DNA of 64,000 nucleotides from a bacterium (GTDB lineage Bacteria > UBA10199 > 2-02-FULL-50-16 > JAJFLM01): the NCBI GenBank assembly GCA_965216315.1, contig CBDCFN010000016.1:576001-640000 (forward strand), written 5' to 3'. Under the pieces are notes generated by a model. It ran no database searches. It was not told the origin of the DNA and saw only the letters and a program-made list of their open reading frames with translations. Of the stretch, positions 55,327-64,000 are shown piece after piece; position 1 is the first letter of the stretch, and every line of letters starts with the position of its first letter. A program made the translations under genes and the position numbers.

Positions 55327-56889
55327 TTAATGACGAAAATGCCGAATTCCGGTAAATACAAGCGCAATCTCATGTTCATCGGCGGCTTGTATGACTTCCT
55401 CGTCCCTCATCGACCCGCCCGGTGATATAATGGCTGTGATGCCGAGTTTGGCAGCTTCGTCGATATTATCACGAAATGGAAAAAATGCATCCGATCCCAT
55501 TACGGCGCCTTTAATAGGGTGACGCGCCTTCATGGCGGCAATTTTAGTTGAATCAATGCGGCTCATCTGGCCGGCGCCGACGCCAATGCTGCGATCCGCG
55601 TAGGTGAAGACAATCGCATTGGATTTAACGTGTTTGGTGACCTTCCAAGCGAAATCGAGGGCGGCCCATTCTTCTTCGTTGGGTTGACGCTTTGTAGGGA
55701 CTTTGCACTCCCTGACCTTAACAACCTCTTGATCACGGCCTTGGACCAGAAGGCCTCCACTGATCTTGCGTAACATTTGTACATTGTTGGCCAGCGGCTC
55801 ACGCAAGCTGGGAAGTTTGAGGAGGCGCAAATTTTTCTTCTGTTTGAGAATGGCTAAGGCCCCCGCATCGTAGTCCGGTGCAATGACGGCTTCATAGAAA
55901 TCTTTGCGTATTTTTTCGGCTGTGTTTTCATCCACGCTGCGATTCAAGCCAATGATGCCGCCAAAGGCCGAGAGGGGGTCGCAATCAAGGGCCTTGTCAA
56001 AGGCTTCCTCGAGTGACTCGGTTGCGACTGCCACCCCGGCAGGATTGCTGTGTTTGATAATGACGCAGGCCGGATCTTCGAATTCTTTGACGATGGCCAG
56101 CGCGGCATCGAGGTCGAGAAAATTATTGTAAGAGAGTTCCTTGCCGTGGAGTTGTTCCGCGCGACTCAGTGCTGAGGCCTCCGGTTCGGGGTCTACATAG
56201 ATAGCGGCTTTCTGGTGCGGGTTTTCGCCGTAGCGCAGCTCCTGACGTTTTTTGAACGTGATTTGTAATTGTTCCGGAAAATCCGAAGCCGCGCTCTCGA
56301 CACCTTTTTCAAGGTACTGGGCGATGCAACGATCGTAATGCGCGGTAACCGCATAGGCTTTTTGGGCCAGCCGTCGGCGGGTGTCGCCACTGATAGAGCC
56401 GTTATCCTGCTGCATTTCGTTTAAGAGGGCTGCGTAATCCGCCGGATCCGTGACGACAACGACGTCGTTATGGTTTTTAGCGGCGGCGCGGATAAGGGTG
56501 GGCCCGCCGATATCAATGTTCTCGATCGCTTCCGCAAAGGAGGCGTCAGGGCGGGCAATGGTCTTTTCAAATTGGTAAAGATTAACGACAACCATATCAA
56601 TAAAGGAAATGTTGTGGTCAGAGGCTTGTTCTTGATGTTTTGGATTATCGCGAATGCCGAGTATGCCGCCCGCAATCTTGGGGTGCAGCGTCTTGACACG
56701 GCCATCCATGATCTCCGGAAAGTCGGTGACTTCACTAACGTCGCGCACGTCAATGCCGTGATCACGAAGAAATTGAGCTGTGCCGCCCGTCGAGATGATT
56801 TCGACGTCCAGGGCCTGGAGGCCCTTGGCAAAAGTATCGAGGCCAACCTTGTCAGTTACCGAAATAAGTGCGCGTTTGATCTCAGTCAT
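55327..56889 (-). CDS. purH: Bifunctional AICAR transformylase/IMP cyclohydrolase
   Basis: RALISVTDK, GRVKTLHP, IDIGGP, LRYGENPHQ and SDAFFPF. Confidence 0.98.
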   Translation of the reverse strand: MTEIKRALISVTDKVGLDTFAKGLQALDVEIISTGGTAQFLRDHGIDVRDVSEVTDFPEIMDGRVKTLHPKIAGGILGIRDNPKHQEQASDHNISFIDMVVVNLYQFEKTIARPDASFAEAIENIDIGGPTLIRAAAKNHNDVVVVTDPADYAALLNEMQQDNGSISGDTRRRLAQKAYAVTAHYDRCIAQYLEKGVESAASDFPEQLQITFKKRQELRYGENPHQKAAIYVDPEPEASALSRAEQLHGKELSYNNFLDLDAALAIVKEFEDPACVIIKHSNPAGVAVATESLEEAFDKALDCDPLSAFGGIIGLNRSVDENTAEKIRKDFYEAVIAPDYDAGALAILKQKKNLRLLKLPSLREPLANNVQMLRKISGGLLVQGRDQEVVKVRECKVPTKRQPNEEEWAALDFAWKVTKHVKSNAIVFTYADRSIGVGAGQMSRIDSTKIAAMKARHPIKGAVMGSDAFFPFRDNIDEAAKLGITAIISPGGSMRDEEVIQAADEHEIALVFTGIRHFRH

Positions 56890-56907
56890 TGTTCTTCCTT
56901 ATCTGGC

Positions 56908-58287
56908 TTACCTGGCCGCCGCGGCGCCGAGGCCGAGTAGCGACTTAACATCATTGTCAACAAATTGGAAGCCCGCCCCGACGAACCAGTCAGTGGGAAT
57001 ATCGGGATTGAGCGGGTCATCAATGCCGCCTAAAACGAAGAAATTTCGGGTTAAATTAAGCGTACCCCACGCTTTGATATGCGGCCGCCGTCCGCCGTCC
57101 GTTCGAAAGTCCCACGCCGAGACGGAGGCCTTGAAAAACTTTTTCTGGTAATCAAAGCCGATACCGGCGCGCGATTCGATGAGACCGCCACGGATGGTGA
57201 AGTCATGAAAGTCCTGGGCGATCTGGGCGGAGAAACGAAACTGGTCCCGTTTGGTAATCTCCCGTTCGGTTTCGACGGTCGTGGTTGTTCCACCCGTTGT
57301 GACATCAGTCACAATGAGTTCCCGGTCCGGTGACGGCGTTGAGTCGGCAACAAACTCAAAGAGGAAAGCGCGATCCGGACGTGTGTTCAGGCCAACACTA
57401 ACGTAGTTTTTAAAGGCTTCGCTGCGCCCCAGATATTCAAGGTGATAGCCCATACTGAGTTCAAAGCCTGAGAAGCCCCCGATGGTCTCGTTGAGATTAG
57501 CGACCGCCTTGTTGAGTTCGTCGACTGTGGTCTCATCATTGACGAGGCGGCCGATGGTGCCGCGACCCTCATCGATCTTTTGTGCGATGCTGCGGATGTG
57601 CTGCATGCTGTTGGTCAGTTCGCCTCGATTTTGTTCGACCATGACGCGTAATTGCTGAGTAAGGGCGGCGAGATTCGCGACGACGCGGTTCATGTCGCCC
57701 TTGTTGTGTTGAGTGAATTCTTTCAAGTCTTTGGTGAAGTCCCGCATGTTGAGAACCATTTGAGTGACGGGGGCCTGCGACTTGTCATCGGGTGCTTTAA
57801 ATAAAGACTTCACTGACGACGTCATTTCTGACACGTCATCGGCAATTTCGTTGAGCTTGCCGCTCAACTGGGAAAGGTCGGCGAAAGGATTGGTGGCCTC
57901 GATCGTGTCGCCAGGTTTTAAGAAACCCTTTTCGCCGTCGCCTTGTTTAAGGTCAATGTAGGATTCTCCTAGGAACCCCTTGGTGCGCACCTGGGCCACC
58001 ACATCTTTCGTCAGTTTGACGTCCTTGTTGATGTTGAGGGAGACCTTGGCGGCGCGATTATCGATGAGCTTTGATTTTCCCAGGGTGCCGACCTGGATGC
58101 CGGCTATTTCAATCGGTGTTTTAGGAGTCAGGCCTTCGGCTGACTCCATGACGGCAAAGACCTCATAAGTGCCCGTTGAAAAAATACCGCCTTCTTGGCT
58201 TACGCGGATGGTGGCATAGGTGATGATGAGGATAATTGCGAGAGCGAAGAGACCTACTTTGATTTCTGTTCCTTGTATTTTTTTCAT
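56908..58287 (-). CDS. mlaD: MCE/MlaD protein with long helical region and C-terminal beta-rich domain
   Basis: EIKVGLF TM anchor; AEGL...IAGIQVG and GFLGESYI MCE motifs; heptad region; GTIGRLVND; C-terminal amphipathic strands. Confidence 0.85.
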   Translation of the reverse strand: MKKIQGTEIKVGLFALAIILIITYATIRVSQEGGIFSTGTYEVFAVMESAEGLTPKTPIEIAGIQVGTLGKSKLIDNRAAKVSLNINKDVKLTKDVVAQVRTKGFLGESYIDLKQGDGEKGFLKPGDTIEATNPFADLSQLSGKLNEIADDVSEMTSSVKSLFKAPDDKSQAPVTQMVLNMRDFTKDLKEFTQHNKGDMNRVVANLAALTQQLRVMVEQNRGELTNSMQHIRSIAQKIDEGRGTIGRLVNDETTVDELNKAVANLNETIGGFSGFELSMGYHLEYLGRSEAFKNYVSVGLNTRPDRAFLFEFVADSTPSPDRELIVTDVTTGGTTTTVETEREITKRDQFRFSAQIAQDFHDFTIRGGLIESRAGIGFDYQKKFFKASVSAWDFRTDGGRRPHIKAWGTLNLTRNFFVLGGIDDPLNPDIPTDWFVGAGFQFVDNDVKSLLGLGAAAAR

Positions 58288-59024
58288 GAGGGTTGTTTTG
58301 CTGCGTAATGTCCGATGAAATGTTGTACGAATTTGTCATGTGAGCGGCGGAACTGATCCGGCGTTCCGACCTCGATAATATTTCCCCCATGGAGCATCGC
58401 TACTTGGTCTGCCACCTGAAATGTCGATTCGATATCATGACTGATTACGACTGAAGTCACTTTTAGTTGCTTTTGCATCGTGACAATCAGTTGGTTAATC
58501 GATTCCGCCGTTATCGGGTCCAGACCGGTGGTTGGCTCATCATAAAGAACGATTTTGGGTTCTAGCGCAATGGCCCGAGCGAGTCCAACCCTTTTTCTCA
58601 TGCCTCCAGACAGCTCTGAGGGGTGTTTATCATTAATTCCACTGAGACCGATCAGGGAGAGGTTGTGGTTGACGATCTCTAAGATCTCCTGCGGAGACTT
58701 GTCCGTGTGCTCTCGAAGCGGGAACGCGATGTTGTCCTCGACGGACAATGAGTCAAACAGGGCCGCGTTCTGAAAGAGCATGCCGAAGCGGCGGCGGAAG
58801 TCGTTGAGCGCGGCGGCGTCCAGTTGAGTGATATCCGTTCCATCGACATGGATATGACCTTCGTCGGGTTCCAATAATCCGATCATATTTTTGAGGAGGA
58901 CGGATTTTCCGGTTCCCGACTGCCCGAGAATCACGGCAATGCTGCCCGCTTCGATCTCTAAATTAACACCATTGAGGACTTTGTGCTCGCCAAAGGCTTT
59001 GCGGACGTTTTCCAGTTTAATCAT
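58284..59024 (-). CDS. mlaF: ABC ATPase of the Mla system
   Basis: GQSGTGKS, LSGGMRKRVGLARA and YDEPTTGLDP; start reassigned to ATG 59024. Confidence 0.92.
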   Translation of the reverse strand: MIKLENVRKAFGEHKVLNGVNLEIEAGSIAVILGQSGTGKSVLLKNMIGLLEPDEGHIHVDGTDITQLDAAALNDFRRRFGMLFQNAALFDSLSVEDNIAFPLREHTDKSPQEILEIVNHNLSLIGLSGINDKHPSELSGGMRKRVGLARAIALEPKIVLYDEPTTGLDPITAESINQLIVTMQKQLKVTSVVISHDIESTFQVADQVAMLHGGNIIEVGTPDQFRRSHDKFVQHFIGHYAAKQPS

Positions 59025-59907
59025 TGAGGAAAAACTCCAGAATCCAAGCGGTGAGAAAATAATCGACAATGAGAATGAGGACGGAACTGATGACAACGGA
59101 ACGTGTTGTTGCGATGCCGACGCCCTTGGAGCCGCCTCGAGTTGCGTACCCTTGATAGCAGCTGACCACGGCGAGCAGAAATCCAAATACCGTCGCCTTA
59201 ATCAATCCTCCGATGATGTCTTCCGGGTCGACGTGATAAACAAGATTGTCAATGAAGTAAAAGGAATGGATGGAAAGAATCTTAATGGCGACGAAATAGC
59301 CTCCGACCACGCCAATATAGCTGAAAAGAGCACAGAGTAGGGGGGCCATGATCGTTGTGGCGAGGACGCGCGGGACAACGAGGAACTGAATGGGATTAAC
59401 GGCCATCGTCTTTAACGCGTCGATTTGTTCAGTAACACGCATGGAGCCAATTTCAGCGGCCATAGCGGATCCGCACCGCGCCGTGATCATGAGGGCCGTA
59501 AAGACGGGGGCGAGTTCACGCGTGAGGGAGAGGCCGATCGTGGAGCCGACGAGGTTTTCCGCATTAAAGAGTCGAAAGGCATAGCCCGTTTGCAGCCCGA
59601 GGACCGCCCCTGAAAACAGGCCGGTCAAGGCGATGATGGGGATGGAGCGAATGCCGATCAATTCCAGTTGGTTCAGCAGCTCTTGCCAACGAAAAGGGGG
59701 GCGCACGGTCCACGCAAAAAAACGGCGCGTAAAACCGATAACGGCGCCTAGCTCTTCGACAAAGTGCTTTAACATTCCGATGAGTAATTTAACTAAGGGA
59801 AGTTCAGTCAACCAACTTAGATTACTCTTTGTAGGCTCGGGGAACCCGTCCTGCGATTCTGGTAATGATTTCATAATTGATCGTCTCCGCCCATGAGGCG
59901 AGATCAT
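59017..59907 (-). CDS. mlaE: MlaE permease (true start probably downstream of the alr stop, at or below about 59820)
   Basis: RELAPV, GSAMAAEIGSMRVTEQIDAL and GVGIATTRSVV. Confidence 0.92.
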   Translation of the reverse strand: MISPHGRRRSIMKSLPESQDGFPEPTKSNLSWLTELPLVKLLIGMLKHFVEELGAVIGFTRRFFAWTVRPPFRWQELLNQLELIGIRSIPIIALTGLFSGAVLGLQTGYAFRLFNAENLVGSTIGLSLTRELAPVFTALMITARCGSAMAAEIGSMRVTEQIDALKTMAVNPIQFLVVPRVLATTIMAPLLCALFSYIGVVGGYFVAIKILSIHSFYFIDNLVYHVDPEDIIGGLIKATVFGFLLAVVSCYQGYATRGGSKGVGIATTRSVVISSVLILIVDYFLTAWILEFFLND

Positions 59908-60937
59908 CAGCTGTTATTTGTTCTGTGCCGCCCTGGCCGAGTACCGTCACGGTGTCTCCGATGGCCACATCGGGAATATCTGTTACGTCGACCATCGTCA
60001 AATCCATACAGACACGCCCGGCGATCGGGGCCCGTTGCCCGTGAATGAGGAAAGCGCTTCGGTTGGAGAGGAGGCGTGGATAGCCGTCGGCGTAGCCCAG
60101 AGGAATAACGGCAATACGGCTTTCCCGTTGCGTCGTATAGGTACAGCCATAACTGACCGAGGTGCCTGCCGGGACGGTCTTGAGATCGATGATTCGGCTG
60201 GTCCATTGCAAAGTTGGTTTCAGCGTGACCTGGTCGCGGAGGCTTTCGTCAGGATAGCAGCCGTAGAGAACGATGCCGGCCCTCACCATGTTGTTGTGGG
60301 GGAATAAATTCTTAACAGCGCCGATGCTATTGGCAAAATGCCATAAGGTGATATCTGCATTTTGGGCCTTGATGTCGGTGCATGCCTGGTCCCAGGCCTC
60401 TTTCTGGGTTGCGGTGTAGGCCGGGTCCGAGGCCTCGGCGAGATGGGAGAGTACGCCCTCAACCTTTAAGTGCGTCAGTTGGTTGAGCTCTTCCATGAAG
60501 GTGGAGATCTGAGTTGCCGGGACGCCGAGTCGCGTCATGCCCGTGTCGATTTTAACGTGTACTTTATGGACCAGTCCTTGTTGTTCCAAGTAGTGATTGA
60601 AGGCGCGGGCGGTCTCCAAGTCGTAGATAGTCGGGGTCAGTTGATGGCCGACGAATTGTTCAAAGGCGTCGGCAATCAGACCCAGTAATATAAGGATAGG
60701 ACACTCGATTCCGGCTTCACGCAGGCGCCGCCCCTCCTCGACGTCGCGTACACCAAAAAAATTCGCCTCTTCGATGACGAGGGCCTTGGCGACTTCGACG
60801 AGGCCGTGACCGTAGGCGTTTGATTTGATGACGCAGAGGACGCGTTGGTCCTCGGGGACGATGCGGCGGATCTCGCGGTAGTTGTGGCGGATGGCGCTGA
60901 GATCGATGGTGACTTGAGTTGGGTTAATATCTGTCAT
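59822..60937 (-). CDS. alr: Alanine racemase
   Basis: VIKSNAYGHG (PLP lysine), KIDTGMTRLG, GYADG, GRVCMD and TINYE. Confidence 0.96.
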   Translation of the reverse strand: MTDINPTQVTIDLSAIRHNYREIRRIVPEDQRVLCVIKSNAYGHGLVEVAKALVIEEANFFGVRDVEEGRRLREAGIECPILILLGLIADAFEQFVGHQLTPTIYDLETARAFNHYLEQQGLVHKVHVKIDTGMTRLGVPATQISTFMEELNQLTHLKVEGVLSHLAEASDPAYTATQKEAWDQACTDIKAQNADITLWHFANSIGAVKNLFPHNNMVRAGIVLYGCYPDESLRDQVTLKPTLQWTSRIIDLKTVPAGTSVSYGCTYTTQRESRIAVIPLGYADGYPRLLSNRSAFLIHGQRAPIAGRVCMDLTMVDVTDIPDVAIGDTVTVLGQGGTEQITADDLASWAETINYEIITRIAGRVPRAYKE

Positions 60938-60991
60938 TTTCTCAAATGATTGCATTCTACACCGGGCGCACGCTATGACGGAGCCTATCCA

Positions 60992-61747
60992 ATGTCAAAC
61001 TTAGCTATCACCTATATCGGACACTCCACCACGATCATCCACGTCGATGGCCTCAATATCTATACGGACCCTCATTTCGGCCGGAAGGCCTTGTGGTTGA
61101 AGAGGAAACGGCCCCTGCCGGTCCCGCCTGAGGATCTGCCCGCCCCTGATGCCATCATTATTAGCCATGCCCATTATGATCATCTTGATCTGCACAGCTT
61201 TAAGTACTTCTCATCACGAGTTCCGGTCTTGATCCCTCATGGTTTGTCGCTATTTCTGGGGCGATTTATTCGCAATCCAGTGATTGAGTTGGCTCCGGGC
61301 GCGGACTATCGCTTGAAGGATCGTGTTACGATACGGGCGATACCGGTGCAACACCGAGGGGGCCGCATTTTCGGACTGCGCCTCCGCGAGGCGACGGGTT
61401 ATCTGGTCAAAGGGGTATCGGAAAATGTTTTTTTCCCCGGTGATACGGCCTATCGACCCGATTTTGTCGAGATGAAACGGCATGGACCTTTAGCGGCGGC
61501 GATGTTGCCGATCGGCCCCATTTATCCGAAATGGCTGATGCGACGCCGGCATCTCGATCCTGATCAAGCGATTCGTTTAGGTGAGGAGCTGGCGCCGGCG
61601 ACGCTCATTCCCATTCATTGGGGTCAATTTCATTTGGGTCTCGAAGGCGCGGATACGCCGTTGCATTGGCTGAAAAAGCGCCTGCCCGATTCCTCTGTGG
61701 CCGATCGTTTTGTCATCCTGGAGCCGGGCCAGAAATGGGAGTCGTGA
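60992..61747 (+). CDS. MBL-fold metallo-hydrolase (NAPE-PLD/RomA-like)
   Basis: YIGHST, TDP, ISHAHYDHLD, GDT, LPIG and PIHWG; GGAG RBS before ATG 60992. Confidence 0.88.
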   Translation: MSNLAITYIGHSTTIIHVDGLNIYTDPHFGRKALWLKRKRPLPVPPEDLPAPDAIIISHAHYDHLDLHSFKYFSSRVPVLIPHGLSLFLGRFIRNPVIELAPGADYRLKDRVTIRAIPVQHRGGRIFGLRLREATGYLVKGVSENVFFPGDTAYRPDFVEMKRHGPLAAAMLPIGPIYPKWLMRRRHLDPDQAIRLGEELAPATLIPIHWGQFHLGLEGADTPLHWLKKRLPDSSVADRFVILEPGQKWES

Positions 61748-62991
61748 GTTCACCGCAATTAACGTTCTGCCAGCAAAACGCCCTCCGTTTGCTCGAAGAG
61801 AGTATTGAGAATGTATTTCTGACGGGCAGTGCGGGAAGTGGTAAGAGTTTTTTGATTCGGCAATTCCTTAAAGGCAAGGATCGTAAGAGTTTTCCCGTTG
61901 TCGCGAGTACCGGAGCGGCGGCCGTTCTCATCGGTGGACGGACCTTTCATAGCTTTTTTGGGCTTGGCATCATGGCTGGCGGTTATGAGCGCACGGTGAC
62001 GAGCGCTTTGACGAATCGCCGCATTGTCAATCGACTCAAAAAAATCGATGGCTTTGTGCTGGATGAAGTGTCGATGATTCCGGCGCCGGCCTTGCGGGCG
62101 GCGGAAGAAATCTGTCGGCGGGCCCGAGGCGAAGCGGCTCCCTGGGGTGGGGTGCGTGTCATTGCGGTCGGAGACTTTGCTCAATTGCCTCCCGTGCAAA
62201 CGGCAGGCGGGCAGCAAAAGGAATGGGCCTTTCTCGATCCGGTTTGGGAGCAATCGGCCTTGACGCCTGCGATTCTCAAGACGATTGTGCGGACGCCGGA
62301 TGAGGAGTACATCCGTATTCTTAATCGGATCCGGGAGGGTATTGTCGATGATGAGGTCGAAGCCTATCTCAACCGCAAAGTCGACTGCGATGCCGTTGAT
62401 TCTTCGCAGACCCATCTCTTTGCCCGACGCCATGCGGCCGAAAAATTTAATCGCGAACGCGTCGAAGCCATTTCTCATCCGCTGGTCGAAGTGCCGACAA
62501 ATTACAGCGGACGCGCGGATGCGATCGAACGCATCAAAAAAGTCGCGCCCATTCCCGACGTTCTGCACATCAAGCTCACTTCGTTAGTGATGCTCCGTTA
62601 TAATGACCCTAAGTGGCGTTTTGTAAACGGGACGGTGGGGACGGTAGAGGATATTGCGGATGACGAGTTGGTTTTGTCGCTCAAGAACGGCCGTGTCGTT
62701 GAAATTCCCAAGATGACTTTTACCCTCTTGGATGGCGAAGGGAAGCCCTTGGCGTCGGCAGAAAATTTCCCGGTCACTTTGGCCTATGCGACGACGATTC
62801 ATAAGGCCCAGGGCGCGACGCTCGAGTCACTCGTCGTGAAACTCAGCGGGCTCTGGGATCCGGGTCAGGCCTATGTGGCCTTGAGTCGTCTGCGCAGCGG
62901 CGCGGACTTGACGCTGACGGGGTGGGATCATCGGTCTATTTCAGTGGATCCTGAGGTGGTGCGCTTTCATCAAGGGCTGGAGCGCGATTGA
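61744..62991 (+). CDS. Pif1-family 5'-3' DNA helicase
   Basis: FLTGSAGSGKS, GGRTFHSFFG, DEVSM, GDFAQLPPV, LAYATTIHKAQGATL and GQAYVALSR; GTGA overlap with the upstream stop. Confidence 0.88.
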   Translation: MSSPQLTFCQQNALRLLEESIENVFLTGSAGSGKSFLIRQFLKGKDRKSFPVVASTGAAAVLIGGRTFHSFFGLGIMAGGYERTVTSALTNRRIVNRLKKIDGFVLDEVSMIPAPALRAAEEICRRARGEAAPWGGVRVIAVGDFAQLPPVQTAGGQQKEWAFLDPVWEQSALTPAILKTIVRTPDEEYIRILNRIREGIVDDEVEAYLNRKVDCDAVDSSQTHLFARRHAAEKFNRERVEAISHPLVEVPTNYSGRADAIERIKKVAPIPDVLHIKLTSLVMLRYNDPKWRFVNGTVGTVEDIADDELVLSLKNGRVVEIPKMTFTLLDGEGKPLASAENFPVTLAYATTIHKAQGATLESLVVKLSGLWDPGQAYVALSRLRSGADLTLTGWDHRSISVDPEVVRFHQGLERD

Positions 62992-63032
62992 CACGGCAGG
63001 GGGACGCTGCTAATGACGTGAGACATAATAAC

Positions 63033-63109
63033 AGCTAGGGGCGGTGGAGTTGTTCTGCCTGAGATGTCACCCTAAGAACCTGATCCAGGTAATGCTGGCG
63101 AAGGGAAGC
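63033..63109 (+). ncRNA. TPP (THI-box) riboswitch
   Basis: CTAGGGG...CTGAGA..CACCC..GAACCTGATCCAGGTAATGCTGGCGAAGGGA directly upstream of thiS. Confidence 0.93.
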
Positions 63110-63112
63110 ACG

Positions 63113-63313
63113 ATGAAAATTTTCCTTAATGGCGAGTCCCGAGAAGTGGGAGACGCCCTCAATCTTGCCGAAATCCTAGTCGAACTCAATCTGGCGAACC
63201 GAGCCTTAGCGATCGCCGTCAATCAAGAGATCATTCCGCGTTCCAAATATGCTTCGACTGTCTTGCAAAGCGAAGATCAAGTTGAATTGGTGCAGGCTGT
63301 GGGGGGAGGGTGA
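63113..63313 (+). CDS. thiS: Sulfur carrier protein ThiS
   Basis: [27 protein letters not shown] with C-terminal GG; real start ATG 63113. Confidence 0.95.
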   Translation: MKIFLNGESREVGDALNLAEILVELNLANRALAIAVNQEIIPRSKYASTVLQSEDQVELVQAVGGG

Positions 63314-64000
63314 TGCTTCAAATCGGGAATAGAGAATTCTCAAGCCGCCTCATGCTCGGTACCGGTAAGTTTGCCTCCATTGAATTATTAAGCCAGTCGA
63401 TACAGGCATCGGAGACGCAGATCGTTACGGTGGCTTTGCGTCGCGTTGATCTGGAGCAGAAGCAGGAAGATATACTGTCCGTGATCGATCGTGACAAGAT
63501 TCAACTCTTGCCGAATACATCCGGCGCGCGCACGGCTCAAGAAGCTGTGCTGTTGGCGAAACTGGCGCGCGAGGCGGGCTTGGGTGATTGGGTCAAAATC
63601 GAAGTCATTCCGGATTCCCGCTATTTATTGCCGGATGGACATGAAACGTTAAAGGCTGCCGAGGCCCTTGTCAAAGACGGCTTTGTTGTCCTGCCTTATA
63701 TTCAAGCGGACCCCGTGCTCGCCAAGCAACTGGCTGATGTGGGGACGGCAACCGTCATGCCGCTTGCGGCTCCGATTGGTTCGAATCAAGGTCTGAAGAC
63801 ACGACAGGCGATCGAAATTATTATTGAACAAAGTGAGGTCCCCGTAGTGGTCGATGCAGGGATCGGCGTGCCCTCGCATGCGTGTGAAGCGATGGAATTA
63901 GGGGCGGATGCCGTGCTTGTGAATACCGCGATCGCGACGGCGCAAGATCCAGTTGCCATGGCACAGGCCTTTGCGAAAGGCGTTGCGGCGGGGCGTGGAG
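63313..64000 (+). CDS. thiG: Thiazole synthase, truncated by the window end
   Basis: Manual translation: [62 protein letters not shown] overlap with thiS. Confidence 0.95.
   Translation, partial: MLQIGNREFSSRLMLGTGKFASIELLSQSIQASETQIVTVALRRVDLEQKQEDILSVIDRDKIQLLPNTSGARTAQEAVLLAKLAREAGLGDWVKIEVIPDSRYLLPDGHETLKAAEALVKDGFVVLPYIQADPVLAKQLADVGTATVMPLAAPIGSNQGLKTRQAIEIIIEQSEVPVVVDAGIGVPSHACEAMELGADAVLVNTAIATAQDPVAMAQAFAKGVAAGRG

Noticed and set aside
59025..59186. N-terminal extension of MlaF (similarly PurE 44884-44946 and the LolA-like protein 15745-15864)
   Set aside because: Extensions overlap neighbouring genes or precede a clearly better RBS/ATG
61759..62568. 269-aa minus-strand ORF
   Set aside because: Antisense to the Pif1-like helicase; no motifs
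62988..63016. TTGACA upstream of the TPP riboswitch as a sigma-70 promoter
   Set aside because: Perfect -35, but the -10 at 17 nt (TAATGA) is poor; plausible but not supportable as a feature
63044..63112. N-terminal extension of ThiS in the ORF track
   Set aside because: It is the TPP riboswitch sequence; the true start is ATG 63113
1..64000. tRNA, rRNA, transposase, integrase or prophage genes
   Set aside because: No ORF or sequence with the relevant motifs was recognised by eye; a covariance-model scan was not possible

Overview
Bacterial genomic window, probably from a deltaproteobacterial-type diderm (inferred from sigma-54 enhancer proteins, Cys-rich lipoproteins, split GlnE and a trans-envelope MlaD). 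The left half (1-34 kb) is accessory. It holds a His-rich metal-handling module, two paralogous 772-aa MMPL/RND lipid transporters flanking a sigma-54 two-component system and its lipoprotein targets, and a co-oriented envelope cluster (PilZ-like, MMPL, Pro-rich TolB-like protein, outer-membrane barrel with two WW domains, LolA-like carrier). Next to it is a divergently transcribed lipid-NRPS cluster: ligase-ACP-acyltransferase; FAAL-ACP-Cy/C-A(Ser); PCP-reductase; two acyl-CoA dehydrogenases; Sfp PPTase; with a Ser/Thr kinase and a B12 radical SAM nearby. The right half (34-64 kb) is mostly housekeeping: compact AddB/AddA-like pair, split glnE, gshA, dksA, dciA-like, tsaC, purE, purD, pbpC with alpha-2-macroglobulin, two small secreted Tudor-like proteins, purH, mlaEFD, alr, MBL hydrolase, Pif1-like helicase, and TPP riboswitch-thiS-thiG. 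The best candidate for an undescribed system is an NRPS-made acyl-serinol/oxazoline lipid with its own export route, in which eukaryote-type WW domains on the outer-membrane barrel sit next to a gene encoding a PPLPPLP ligand motif. All calls come from motif reading by eye; no database search was run. No rRNA, tRNA, CRISPR array or transposase was seen.
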